Below are positions 1 through 9,605 of a DNA stretch of 55,837 bases, one piece after another. The notes under the pieces are model-generated. The model was not told where the DNA came from. It was given only the letters and a program-made list of their open reading frames with translations, and did not search any database. The DNA is from Actinomycetota bacterium (lineage in GTDB: Bacteria > Actinomycetota > Acidimicrobiia > Acidimicrobiales > JAMCQF01). The number at the start of each line of letters is the position of its first letter. Position 1 is the stretch's first letter. The position numbers and the translations under genes were made by a program. Location of the stretch: contig JAMCQF010000120.1 of the NCBI GenBank assembly GCA_023379605.1, forward strand, positions 1 to 55,837. The letters are read 5' to 3'.

Positions 1-39
1 CAGCTGGAGACGGTAGGTAGAGCCGATGGCGGCTTTCAC
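1..39 (-). CDS. treY: maltooligosyl trehalose synthase TreY, first 13 codons only (gene runs off the window)
   Basis: The reverse strand reads GTG AAA GCC GCC ATC GGC TCT ACC TAC CGT CTC CAG CTG = (M)KAAIGSTYRLQL. STYRLQ is the characteristic TreY N-terminal motif. It lies directly downstream of treZ in the same orientation. Only 13 codons are visible. An alternative TTG start is at 114. Confidence 0.45.
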   Translation of the reverse strand, partial: MKAAIGSTYRLQL

Positions 40-120
40 CCGCTTTCCCCCGTAGTCCTGGTGCTGCCCTGTAGCGTTCTGGCCACCCTGGCAAGCATAT
101 GGGCTCGATAGCAACTTCGC

Positions 121-1986
121 TCAGCGTCGATCTCCTCGGGAACTGGCTTCGAGCACAGCCACCCCCCAGGGACCCAACTGCAACTCCCTGCCAGGCAAAA
201 CCGCGCCTTGGGTAAGACCTCCTGCCCCGTGGCACAAAAGGACCACGAGATCGTTGCCTGCGATCAAAGGAGACGATATCACTGCCTCCTTGGGGCTAAG
301 AACGCACACGATGACGACCTCGACAGCATCCAGATACGGCTCTGCTGCACGCCTTATCGTAATGGCTCCTATATTGGGATCAATTGCGGTCTGCGTCCTT
401 GCTGGCTCAAGCGATCCTAGGCAAGGCAGGCTTTGTCGGAGACGGCACAGATCCCTCTGCCATTTCAGCAGCTCCGAGTGCACCCCACTTGAGGAGAGTG
501 ATCGGTCTGGAATGCAGCGTGTGAATGTGGAGGGGTCTTGTGGATCCAACATGGCTGTCAACCAAGCGCTGCGATCCAGGTTCTCTAACAGCTGGAGCTC
601 TGAGTCGCTGCCGACTTCCGCTGCCCGCCCTTGACGGACCGCTCTTATGAGATCAGGATCGGTGTGGCTGGTGAAGTAGGCAAACGGGGCTGTTTCACCG
701 TACTCCTCGCCCATGAAGCGCAACGGCACGAAAGGCGAGAGCAGCAGGAGCGCCGCCAGAGGGAATTGAGCCTGGAGGTCGACTATGCTCGTCAACCTGT
801 TCCCAAGTCCCGCATTGCCGATCTGGTCGTGGTTCTGGGCGAAGATCACCAAGCTGTCGCCTGGTGGGGTCGGGCTTGGCAAGCCGTGGCGCCGGCCTCT
901 TGGAATAGAGTACCGGCCTTCCATTACAAACCCGTGCCTTACGGCCTTGGCCAGGTCAGCGAGCCCATCGTAATCCGCAAACCACCGCGATCGGTCGTTG
1001 GTCACAGCTACGTGTGCTGCATGGTGAAAGTCGTCGTTCCACTGGCCGTCAAGGCCGGTGCCCCCAGCCTCAACTGGCTTAGAGAGGAGCGGATCGTTGG
1101 CGGAGCTCTCTCCCACGACAGTGACAATCCTTCCCAGATGTCTTCCAAGCGCGTGGATGGTGCGGGAGAGCTCAGAGAGGAACGGGGAAGCGGTCGGGTC
1201 TATGATTGCATGGACCGCGTCAAGGCGCAGTCCGTCGACTCCCACCTCCTTTACCCAGTAGCAGGCGTTCTCGATAAAGAATGCCCGTACTGCGTCACTT
1301 CCTGGTCCATCCAGATTCGGTGGCTGACCCCAAGGCGTGCTGTAGCTGCCCGAGAGATAAGGTCCGTAGTGCTCTAGAGCGCTTGACTCAGGCCCGATGT
1401 GGTTGTACACGACATCCAGGACAACAGCTATAGAGCGCTGGTGCGCCGCAGCGACAAGCGAAGCAAGCCCATATGGGCCACCGTAGGTGGACTGGGCTGC
1501 GAAAGGGAAGACGCCATCATATCCCCAATTGCGAGATCCGGGGAACTCTCCGACAGGCATCAGCTCTATTGCGCTGTAGCCGGCCTTGGAGAGCCATTCC
1601 AGCTCGTCTTCTATGGCCGCGAAGCTGGAGCGATCCGAGAAGGTCCCCACGTGGATCTCACAGATCACATACGACGAAAGAGGAATTCCGCGCCACGAGG
1701 TGCAAGATGGCTTTGGCAGGTCCACAACACATGAAGGACCCTCCACGCCGCTCGGTTGTGAGCGTGACGCCGGATCAGGGTAAGGACCCTTGCCGTCGAG
1801 CAGGTAGCGGTAAAGGGTACCGGGTCCAGCCTCGCTCACAACTACCGAGTGGTAGCCATATTTTCGTGCCGCAAGGGAGATCCTCCGACCGTCTTCCAAT
1901 GCCAAAACGACCTCATTGGCGCGCGGCGCCCAGACTGAGAACCTAACTCGCCCGCCTGGAAGGCACTCTGGTCCATGCAAGGTCAT
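121..1986 (-). CDS. treZ: maltooligosyl trehalose trehalohydrolase (GH13)
   Basis: 621-aa ORF. The N-terminus VRFSVWAPRANEVVLAL is E-set/CBM48-like. GH13 motifs present: VVLDVVYNH, GLRLDAVHAI, FAQNHDQIGN. Sits in an operon with glgB and treY. Confidence 0.88.
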   Translation of the reverse strand: MTLHGPECLPGGRVRFSVWAPRANEVVLALEDGRRISLAARKYGYHSVVVSEAGPGTLYRYLLDGKGPYPDPASRSQPSGVEGPSCVVDLPKPSCTSWRGIPLSSYVICEIHVGTFSDRSSFAAIEDELEWLSKAGYSAIELMPVGEFPGSRNWGYDGVFPFAAQSTYGGPYGLASLVAAAHQRSIAVVLDVVYNHIGPESSALEHYGPYLSGSYSTPWGQPPNLDGPGSDAVRAFFIENACYWVKEVGVDGLRLDAVHAIIDPTASPFLSELSRTIHALGRHLGRIVTVVGESSANDPLLSKPVEAGGTGLDGQWNDDFHHAAHVAVTNDRSRWFADYDGLADLAKAVRHGFVMEGRYSIPRGRRHGLPSPTPPGDSLVIFAQNHDQIGNAGLGNRLTSIVDLQAQFPLAALLLLSPFVPLRFMGEEYGETAPFAYFTSHTDPDLIRAVRQGRAAEVGSDSELQLLENLDRSAWLTAMLDPQDPSTFTRCIPDRSLSSSGVHSELLKWQRDLCRLRQSLPCLGSLEPARTQTAIDPNIGAITIRRAAEPYLDAVEVVIVCVLSPKEAVISSPLIAGNDLVVLLCHGAGGLTQGAVLPGRELQLGPWGVAVLEASSRGDRR

Positions 1987-2009
1987 CTGCGCTGAGTCCT
2001 ATCTCAATC

Positions 2010-3923
2010 TTATGTGTTCTCCACAGGTTCTTCCGAGGGGACGAACACTACGATTGCAAGTGGAGGTAACGTGCACTCCACATATGCGCTCTGGCCTCCC
2101 CAGGGCTCCTCAGTGGCTTTGATGCCTCCCAGATTTCCCACCCCGCTTCCGCCATAGATCGTGCTGTCTGTGTTCAGTATCTCTTGCCAGTTCCCTGAGG
2201 CAGGTACTCCTAGACGCCAGTCGTACCTGACAACCGGCGTCAGGTTCGCAACGGCAATGGCAAGCTCCCCGCCCTGTCCTGCTCGTAGCCATGCGAGCAC
2301 GGAGTCCTCGCTTGCGTCCGCTACCAGCCAGGAGAATCCCTCGGGCTCGAAGTCCAAGGTGTGCAGAGCCCGGTGGCTGCTAACCAGCCTATTCAGGTCT
2401 CCCACCAGCCACGAGATGCCGGCGTGATCAGCTTGTTGGAGCAGCTCCCACTCGAGCTCGCTCTCATGGTCCCACTCTCTATAGGTGCCCAGCTCGCAGC
2501 CCATAAACAGCAGCGTCTTGCCCGGAAGCAGCGCCTGATAGGCATACAGCAGGCGGAGGTTTGCTCTGCGCTGCCAGTCGTCACCGGGCATCTTCGATAG
2601 CAGGGCGCCTTTTCCATGGACGACTTCGTCATGGGAGAGCGGGAGCACGAATCGTTCGGTAAATGCATACAGAGCACGAAAGGTAAGCTCGTTGTAATGG
2701 TATTTTCTGTGGATGGGCTCCCTGGAGAGGTGCTGGAGCGTATCGTGCATCCAGCCCATGTCCCACTTCAGGGAAAAGCCGAGCCCGCCTTCCTCTACGG
2801 GGCGCGATACGCCTGGCCATGCGGTTGACTCTTCTGCGATGGTAAGCGCCGAGGGAAAGGAGCGATGAACCTCATCGTTGAGCTCCCTTAGAAAGCCAAT
2901 AGCCTCGAGGTTCTCCCTGCCCCCATAGACATTTGGGATCCATTGGCCTTCGCTTCTGGAGTAGTCCAGGTAGAGCATGGAGGCCACGGCGTCTACACGG
3001 ATACCATCAATATGGTATCTGTCCAGCCAGAAACAGGCGCTGGATATAAGAAACGAGCGCACCTCATTGCGACCGTAGTTGAACTCGTAGCTTCCCCAGT
3101 CAGGATGTATCCCCTGGCGAGGGTCGGCATGCTCGTATAGATGGGTGCCGTCAAACTCGCCCAAGCTAAACGCGTCGGTGGCAAAGTGGGAGGGAACCCA
3201 GTCGAGCAGCACGCCTATACCAGCCTGGTGAAGCTCGTCTACGAGCGCCATGAGCTCCGAGGGAGATCCATATCGTGCGGTTGGAGCAAAGTAGCTAGTA
3301 GTTTGGTAACCCCAAGAGCCATAGTAGGGATGCTCCATCACGGGAAGCAGCTCGACATGGGTAAAGCCCAGTCGTGAAAGATGATCTGCCAGTGCCGCGC
3401 CGAGCTCTCTGTAAGAGAGAAACCTGCCGTCTGGGCCTCTGCGCCATGAGCCCAGATGGACTTCATATATAGAAAGTGGCTCCTTGGGATCCTGCAGCTC
3501 GGCTCTTTTCATAAGGAACGCGCCGTCTTGCCAGCTGTGGTTAAGCTCCGATACCACTGAGGCAGTAAGGGGAGGAAGCTCCCCAGCAAAGGCTACAGGG
3601 TCAGCCTTCTCCCGTGGCTCGCCAAAGTGTGGGGTTATGAAATATTTGTACCGCGTTCCCTCGCCTGCCCTTTTGACGGTGCCATGCCAGATGCCTGAGC
3701 TGCCAACTGGTTCGAGCAGGTCCTTCCTGGGATTCCAGCCGTTGCCATCATGGATGACGCTCACTTGGGCCGCGTTGGGTGCCCATACCGCAAAGGTGGT
3801 CTGGTCCTCCCCGAGGATGTGAGAGCCCAGCTTTTCGTAGATGCGGAAGTGCCGTCCTTCGTTGAATAGGTACTGATCCATTGGGCTTATGTGCAGATCG
3901 GACGGCATAGCTAGCTCAGTCAT
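2010..3923 (-). CDS. glgB: 1,4-alpha-glucan branching enzyme (short form, no N1 domain)
   Basis: 637-aa ORF with FAVWAPNA..V, IYEVHLGSW, LDWVPSHF, DGIRVDAVASMLY, IAEESTAWP and SHDEVVHGK motifs typical of GlgB. The ATG at 3923 overlaps the malQ stop by 8 nt. Confidence 0.93.
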   Translation of the reverse strand: MTELAMPSDLHISPMDQYLFNEGRHFRIYEKLGSHILGEDQTTFAVWAPNAAQVSVIHDGNGWNPRKDLLEPVGSSGIWHGTVKRAGEGTRYKYFITPHFGEPREKADPVAFAGELPPLTASVVSELNHSWQDGAFLMKRAELQDPKEPLSIYEVHLGSWRRGPDGRFLSYRELGAALADHLSRLGFTHVELLPVMEHPYYGSWGYQTTSYFAPTARYGSPSELMALVDELHQAGIGVLLDWVPSHFATDAFSLGEFDGTHLYEHADPRQGIHPDWGSYEFNYGRNEVRSFLISSACFWLDRYHIDGIRVDAVASMLYLDYSRSEGQWIPNVYGGRENLEAIGFLRELNDEVHRSFPSALTIAEESTAWPGVSRPVEEGGLGFSLKWDMGWMHDTLQHLSREPIHRKYHYNELTFRALYAFTERFVLPLSHDEVVHGKGALLSKMPGDDWQRRANLRLLYAYQALLPGKTLLFMGCELGTYREWDHESELEWELLQQADHAGISWLVGDLNRLVSSHRALHTLDFEPEGFSWLVADASEDSVLAWLRAGQGGELAIAVANLTPVVRYDWRLGVPASGNWQEILNTDSTIYGGSGVGNLGGIKATEEPWGGQSAYVECTLPPLAIVVFVPSEEPVENT

Positions 3924-6087
3924 CAGGCTCGAGGCTAGTGGCCCTGCTTGCAGTCAGGCGATCCAGTATCTTTGCCGCACCGTGGTTATCCGCCAGCTCT
4001 TCGATGCTAAAGGCTGCTCTTCTTGAGAAGTTGTGGTGCTCTGGACCGCTGCCAGGCACGTTCTGCGGTTGGCGCTCTGCCCAGAGATCTTCGATGTTGA
4101 CGATGACCATCGCTGCCTTGGAGCGTCCCAGCTCTTCGAGCACACCTCCCAGCAGCTGCAGGTAGCTGGTCTCAAGGAGATAATCGAGGTCTTTTGAAGC
4201 CTGTGTTGCACACATGCGCTCTAGGAGTCGCTCAACTGCTCCGACACGGGCCAGGCGCTGCTTTGACGCCGATGGGAGGTCCAGCAGTCCAAGGTCCTCG
4301 CGCTGTGCTATGTCATCGCCGTGAAGGAACCCTGCGAAGGTGGCAGTGTCATGGGTGTCTAGGTAGGCAACCTTGTCTCGGGAGGGCTTGAGCGATCTGG
4401 CTGGGTCGCTTCCAATGGAGAATATCGCCACTTCCAAGCCAGATATACCATGGGCTGCCAGCTTGCGGCGCAGCACCGGGGTCACAGTTCCGAGATCTTC
4501 TCCCACAAGGGCTGCGTTGTAGCGCAGTGCCTGCAAGCTGCAGATGGCCAGCTGCTCCTCTAGGGAGTAGCTGACATAGGCACCCTCTTTTGCCTCCATG
4601 CCGCTTGGGATCCACCAGAGCCTCTGGAGGGCCATGACATGATCGATCCGCAAGGCAGCGCAATAGCGGAGGCTGTGGTCGAGACAGCGAGTAAGCACCG
4701 GATATCCCGCTTCGCGCTCTCCAAGGGGATGGGGAGGGGGAAGTCCCCAGTTCTGGCCCTGGCTGAAGAAATCGTCTGGAGGGGCGCCAATGGTTGCGCC
4801 AGTTGCAAATGAGAAGGGATAGGCCCACGGGTCATAGCCGTCGGCTCTGCAGCCGAGGGGGAGGTCCAGAAAAAGCCCGCAGTCCGAGCCCCTAAGGCTC
4901 GACGCGGTCTCGCGAAGCTGGCAGTCCAAGGCGAACTGGGCAAAGCAATGAAGCCTCGCTATGGCTGGGTCTACAGAACCTGGTTGGATATCGCCCCGCT
5001 GCCAGTCTGCAGGCCACTGTTTCCGGTCGGCGCCTTTTGCCGCAACCGCAGCACGGAAACGGCCATAGCGTTCCAGGTCTGGATGGCAAGAGAGGAAGGT
5101 TGAGAAGTCCTCCCAGCGCTTGCCGCCCAAGGTCTCGATCAACGAGGCTGCTTTGTGCAGTGGTACCTGTAGCGCGCTTCGAATCTGCGCCAAGTCTACA
5201 AGCGAAGCGCCCTTTGGGAAGAGGGCTTTGGGTGGCCCTATGGCTGAGCCCATAGACTTCCCGATGGGCGGTGGTTTAAACAGTGCTGAGGAGATGGCAT
5301 CTCCTCGTAAGGTTTGCCCATCTGCATTGAGCTCTGGTAGCAGGTCGAGGTCCAGGTATGCCTCGTCCCACCACATGCGGCTGGTAGGGGAGTAGGGCCC
5401 AGCCGGCGTAGCGCCATCAGAGGATGTGTAGCCAGCGAGGAAAGGCAGCGTTGCAACAAAGCTTCCGCCATGAGAGGCGGTTAGCTCTCCGAGCTCGCGC
5501 AGGCACGTCAGATCTCCTGCCCCAAGCTGGCGGCTGTCACTTAGGGCATAAAGTGGAGCGAACAGGCCCCAGGAAGGCTTACCGTTGCTCAGGGAGGAAA
5601 CTCTGCGAGGGGCTGATATTACAGTCGCGCACGCTTCCAGCCCTAGAGCTGACCAATAGAGCCGGTGCATGCCCGCAGGTAAGCCAGGCTCCGTGCTTTG
5701 GAGCACTACAAGGTTCCTTTCCTCTTGCACCAACATCTCGACGCGAGACCCGTCTTCCAGCTCGACAAAACCCTCCACTGCGCCTGGCAACCCTCTCCCA
5801 GCCATGGGCTCGGAGAGGCGCAGGGCTGGAAGCACTCCGTCCCAAGCTACAATCACTTTAGGCAACGCCTTTGCACGGTCCATCTCAGCGTCTCCAAGCA
5901 GAACCTTGGCTTGCTCGGGCCTCTCCAGTGGAACCCTCAGGGCTTGGAGCACCGCCATGAGGGTGTCGTCTGACACCTGGCGACGCCTTCCCCACATATC
6001 TACATACGAGCACGAGATCCCGTGCGCTCTGGCCAGCATTCTCAGGTCTCTATTCGCACTGGGCCCGCTGCGCCTAGGCAGGCTCAT
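3916..6087 (-). CDS. malQ: 4-alpha-glucanotransferase (amylomaltase), long actinobacterial form
   Basis: GH77 motifs are present (LRIDHVMAL, GEDLGTV, THDT). The ORF as given (to 6288) overlaps the treS-pep2 3' end. The internal ATG at 6087 forms an ATGA overlap with the upstream stop (6084-6086) and gives about 723 aa, as in Mycobacterium MalQ. Confidence 0.88.
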   Translation of the reverse strand: MSLPRRSGPSANRDLRMLARAHGISCSYVDMWGRRRQVSDDTLMAVLQALRVPLERPEQAKVLLGDAEMDRAKALPKVIVAWDGVLPALRLSEPMAGRGLPGAVEGFVELEDGSRVEMLVQEERNLVVLQSTEPGLPAGMHRLYWSALGLEACATVISAPRRVSSLSNGKPSWGLFAPLYALSDSRQLGAGDLTCLRELGELTASHGGSFVATLPFLAGYTSSDGATPAGPYSPTSRMWWDEAYLDLDLLPELNADGQTLRGDAISSALFKPPPIGKSMGSAIGPPKALFPKGASLVDLAQIRSALQVPLHKAASLIETLGGKRWEDFSTFLSCHPDLERYGRFRAAVAAKGADRKQWPADWQRGDIQPGSVDPAIARLHCFAQFALDCQLRETASSLRGSDCGLFLDLPLGCRADGYDPWAYPFSFATGATIGAPPDDFFSQGQNWGLPPPHPLGEREAGYPVLTRCLDHSLRYCAALRIDHVMALQRLWWIPSGMEAKEGAYVSYSLEEQLAICSLQALRYNAALVGEDLGTVTPVLRRKLAAHGISGLEVAIFSIGSDPARSLKPSRDKVAYLDTHDTATFAGFLHGDDIAQREDLGLLDLPSASKQRLARVGAVERLLERMCATQASKDLDYLLETSYLQLLGGVLEELGRSKAAMVIVNIEDLWAERQPQNVPGSGPEHHNFSRRAAFSIEELADNHGAAKILDRLTASRATSLEPDD

Positions 6088-9000
6088 GGGTTCTGCGGGC
6101 CCTGCGCGCCCGGGTCGTCTCTGGAGGTCGCTCCTCGCTCGCCGACCCACTGCGGTTCCAGGTGGGCTGATCTGGCCTCCAGGGCGCTTGGTGGGCTGAG
6201 GGCGCTGACAGGCCGGTCTCTGCGGTCGGACAGCGGGGTGGCCCCAAGCAGCAGTGATGAGAGACCGAGCAGCGGGAGATGGACCCATTCCGGGCGATTG
6301 GCGAGCTCATATCGGATCTCATAGAGCGCTTTGTCGAATAGGTGAGCTCGCAGGCATATCACCATCTCCTCATTGGAGGTCGGAAGCAGGCCAGCTGATT
6401 GAGCCACGGGAACATAGCCACTTAAGTACCCCGCCGAGACCCAGAAGGCCCAGCCATCAGCTGCCTGCCGGTAATACTCCGCCTCTGGACCCTCGGCTTC
6501 GAGCCCACCCCTGCGGACCATGTCGTCCACTCCCATCTGCGCCGCGTAGTGGTAGGAGCGCATCATCGAAGAAACGTCGCGAAGCGGAGAGCGCTTTAGA
6601 CGTCGCTCGCCAAAGGAGCGTGCGGGCTCTCCTTCGAAGTCTACGAAGACAAAGTCCTTCCCCGTAAAGAGAACCTGCCCTAGGTGAAGGTCGCCGTGGA
6701 TGCGTATACGCACGCCGCTACGCACCGATAGGACACCATGGAGCGTCTCTAGTATCTCGCCCTCATGCTCTAGGATCATCGCTGCTAGCCGGCTAGCCTG
6801 CTCTGGGAGCACTCTCATGCGAGAACGCAGGGCGACCAGGGTTCTACGGGCGCTGGTGCGCATGGACTGGTACAGCGAGCGTTGAGTAAGTGGAGTGACG
6901 CGCTCGGGCGCGAACATTGCCGCAGGGGATGCATGCGACAGTGCTACATGCAGCTCGGCGGTGCGTTGCCCAAGCAGCTCAGCACGATGTACTGAGTCAC
7001 CAACCTGAACCATTACCTCCTCTGGGATATCTCTTTCCTCAAGTGCACCCGCGGTACCTCCCGGAGGGATGGGGGAGAGGGCGGAGTCTGGTGAGAGCGG
7101 CACGATGCGATCGAGAAAGGTCCCCACCGCAGACAGAGCCGTGGACCAGGCGTCGGACTCGTTGAGGACATAGCTGTGAGCCACAGCCATAGTTGTGAGC
7201 ACGCCATCGTGCGTGCGCAGCTCCACTGCACCAAGAAGACGGGCCGCGTGCGCACCACTGGAGTGAAGAGCCCTGCCCAGCTCCAGTTCGGGATGGACAC
7301 CGGTCTCAAGCCTTCGAAAGGATTTGAGCATCACCGAAGTTCCATCGGGATCACCTATGATGAGAGAGGTATTGGACTGTTCTGCCTTTACGACATGTAC
7401 CTGGTGATGCTCTAAGGAGATAGCTTGCGCGAGCTCGTGGGTAGAACCCCTCGTAGGGTTTCCCATGAGCTGGACGCCACCCTGACTGGTGCGCCGACCC
7501 CTTCGTGCGGTCAGCTCAACGAGCGCCACCCCATAGTCGGGATCGTAATGGGCATCCACAAGGACCCCCTGAAGCTCGTGATGGGCGATCAGCCGGATGA
7601 GAACTGCTTCAGGATAATCGTGTTGTACGCGCTCGGCGTCCTCTCCTTGCATGTACACCACAGGAAGCATGTAGGTTTCAGGCTCCCCGTCTAGGTACTC
7701 GACCTGGACTACCAACAGCTCGGCACGCCGCTCGGCGGACGCAAGTGGCAAGGTGAGACGCTGCTGTAGGGTAGTTAGGTGGATGCGGCGGTCCTTTCCA
7801 GCGAACCACCGTCTGGAGCGCAGGACCTGGGGAAGGACAGCCTCCAGGGAGCGACGCCTTCCAGGCTCAACCAGGCGCGTCCAGGGCCCCGACACGTGCA
7901 AAGAGGGAAGGTCCTGCTCCGCAACCACCCTCTCAGCTGCCGGCGCCTCCATGGCAAGCCAGTAGAAGGCATAGGGACCCAGCGTGATCAGATATGTCAG
8001 ATCGCCTATAGGAGGAAAGGGTGTCTGACCGAACACCTCCAGAGGCGTCATGCCCTTGAAGGCTGACAGATCCAGCTCCACGTACTGAGCGAAGCGGGAG
8101 AGGTTGGCCACAACCAGTATCTGCTCGTCGTCGTCCTTGCGCATGAATGCCAGCACATGTGGATTGCTGGAACGGACAAACTCCATCTTGCCACGTCCAA
8201 AGACATGATGGCGCTTGCGAAGAGCGACCAAGCGTCTTACCCAGCGCAGGAGGGAATCCGGGTTGTCCAGCTGGGCTGAGACGTTCACGGACTCGTAGTG
8301 GCACTGGGGATCTATGTTCACCGGCAGGAAGAGTCGCTGAGGGTTGGCAGTGGAGAATCCAGCGTTGCGGTCTGGGTTCCACTGCATGGGGGTTCGAACA
8401 GAGTCGCGGTCCCCCAGGTAGACATTGTCCCCCATTCCGATCTCGTCTCCGTAGTAGAGCACGGGTGTGCCAGGAAGCGACATGAGCAGGCCATGCATCA
8501 GCTCACTCTTTTGCCTGTGGTACTGGAGCAGTGGAGCCAGGCGCCTGCGGATACCGAGGTTTACCCTCATCACCGGATCTCGTGCATAGGCATGGTACAT
8601 GTAGTCGCGTTCCTCGTCGGTAACCATCTCCAAGGTGAGCTCGTCGTGGTTACGAAGGAACAGAGCCCATTGGCAGGAAGGAGGTATCTCAGGAGTCTGC
8701 TGCATGATATCTACAATCGGGAAGCGATCTTCCATCTGCAGCGCCATGAAGAGTCGGGGCATGAGGGGGAAGTGGAACGCCATGTGGCACTCGTCGCCCT
8801 CTCCTTTGCCAAAGTACGCTATAGCGTCTTCGGGCCATTGGTTGGCCTCAGCCAGCAGCATGGTGCCGGGGAATCGCTCGTCGACGTGCTGGCGCAGGGT
8901 GCGCAGGAACTCATGAGTGGCGGGAAGATTCTCGCAGTCAGTTCCTTCCTCCTCATAGAGGTAGGGAACCGCATCGAGCCGGAGCCCATCTACGCCCATG

Positions 9001-9605
9001 CTGAGCCAAAAGTCTACTGCGCGGAGCATCTCTCTGCGAACTGGGGAATGATTGTAGTTGAGGTCGGGCTGATGGGAGTAGAAGCGGTGCCAGTAGTAAG
9101 AGCGCGCGATGTTGTCCCAAGCCCAGTTCGAGTGCTCGAAGTCCTGGAAGATGATCCGAGCGTCGCTGTAACGCTCGGGGGAGTCGCTCCACACGTAGTA
9201 GTTACGCCAGCTGCTAGTCGGTGGGGCACGTCGTGCGCGCTGGAACCAGGGATGCTGGTCGGAGGTGTGGTTCAACACAAGCTCGGTAATCACCCGGATC
9301 GATCGCCTGTGAGCCTCGTTTATGAAGTGGCGGAAGTCGGTCAGGGTCCCGTAATCGGGGTGGACCCCGGTGTAGTCGGCTATGTCGTATCCATCGTCTT
9401 TGAGTGGGGAGGGATAGAACGGGAGAAGCCACAATGCGGTAACGCCCAGCTGGCTTAGATAGTCGAGCCGGCTGGCCAGTCCCCGGAAATCTCCTCGTCC
9501 GTCGCCGTCGCTGTCTTTGAAGGCTCTTACATGGACTTCGTAGATGACCGCGTCTTTGTACCAGTCGGGCTGGACATCTTGGACACGGCCTCCTGCAGGG
9601 CTCAA
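6084..9605 (-). CDS. treS: trehalose synthase / maltokinase fusion (TreS-Pep2)
   Basis: 1173-aa ORF. The N-terminal half is GH13 TreS (WYKDAVIYEVHVRAF, GVDGLRLDAVPYL, FLRNHDELTLE). The C-terminal ~450 aa is maltokinase-like (IHGDLHLGQVLFTGKDFVFVDFEGEP). A TTG start overlaps the glgE stop (TTGA). Confidence 0.92.
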   Translation of the reverse strand: MSPAGGRVQDVQPDWYKDAVIYEVHVRAFKDSDGDGRGDFRGLASRLDYLSQLGVTALWLLPFYPSPLKDDGYDIADYTGVHPDYGTLTDFRHFINEAHRRSIRVITELVLNHTSDQHPWFQRARRAPPTSSWRNYYVWSDSPERYSDARIIFQDFEHSNWAWDNIARSYYWHRFYSHQPDLNYNHSPVRREMLRAVDFWLSMGVDGLRLDAVPYLYEEEGTDCENLPATHEFLRTLRQHVDERFPGTMLLAEANQWPEDAIAYFGKGEGDECHMAFHFPLMPRLFMALQMEDRFPIVDIMQQTPEIPPSCQWALFLRNHDELTLEMVTDEERDYMYHAYARDPVMRVNLGIRRRLAPLLQYHRQKSELMHGLLMSLPGTPVLYYGDEIGMGDNVYLGDRDSVRTPMQWNPDRNAGFSTANPQRLFLPVNIDPQCHYESVNVSAQLDNPDSLLRWVRRLVALRKRHHVFGRGKMEFVRSSNPHVLAFMRKDDDEQILVVANLSRFAQYVELDLSAFKGMTPLEVFGQTPFPPIGDLTYLITLGPYAFYWLAMEAPAAERVVAEQDLPSLHVSGPWTRLVEPGRRRSLEAVLPQVLRSRRWFAGKDRRIHLTTLQQRLTLPLASAERRAELLVVQVEYLDGEPETYMLPVVYMQGEDAERVQHDYPEAVLIRLIAHHELQGVLVDAHYDPDYGVALVELTARRGRRTSQGGVQLMGNPTRGSTHELAQAISLEHHQVHVVKAEQSNTSLIIGDPDGTSVMLKSFRRLETGVHPELELGRALHSSGAHAARLLGAVELRTHDGVLTTMAVAHSYVLNESDAWSTALSAVGTFLDRIVPLSPDSALSPIPPGGTAGALEERDIPEEVMVQVGDSVHRAELLGQRTAELHVALSHASPAAMFAPERVTPLTQRSLYQSMRTSARRTLVALRSRMRVLPEQASRLAAMILEHEGEILETLHGVLSVRSGVRIRIHGDLHLGQVLFTGKDFVFVDFEGEPARSFGERRLKRSPLRDVSSMMRSYHYAAQMGVDDMVRRGGLEAEGPEAEYYRQAADGWAFWVSAGYLSGYVPVAQSAGLLPTSNEEMVICLRAHLFDKALYEIRYELANRPEWVHLPLLGLSSLLLGATPLSDRRDRPVSALSPPSALEARSAHLEPQWVGERGATSRDDPGAQGPQNP

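Noticed and set aside
631-1377. 248-aa plus-strand ORF (plus several shorter ones) opposite treZ
   Set aside because: It lies entirely antisense to a well-supported GH13 gene. The translation is low-complexity and Arg/Val/Gly-rich with no family motif, a typical shadow ORF of GC-rich DNA.
6088-6288. 67-aa N-terminal extension of the malQ ORF
   Set aside because: It overlaps the treS-pep2 3' end by 200 nt. An internal ATG gives a clean ATGA junction and a MalQ of the expected length.
8298-9458. 386-aa plus-strand ORF opposite treS
   Set aside because: It is antisense to the conserved TreS catalytic domain and has no recognisable motif. Same shadow-ORF explanation.
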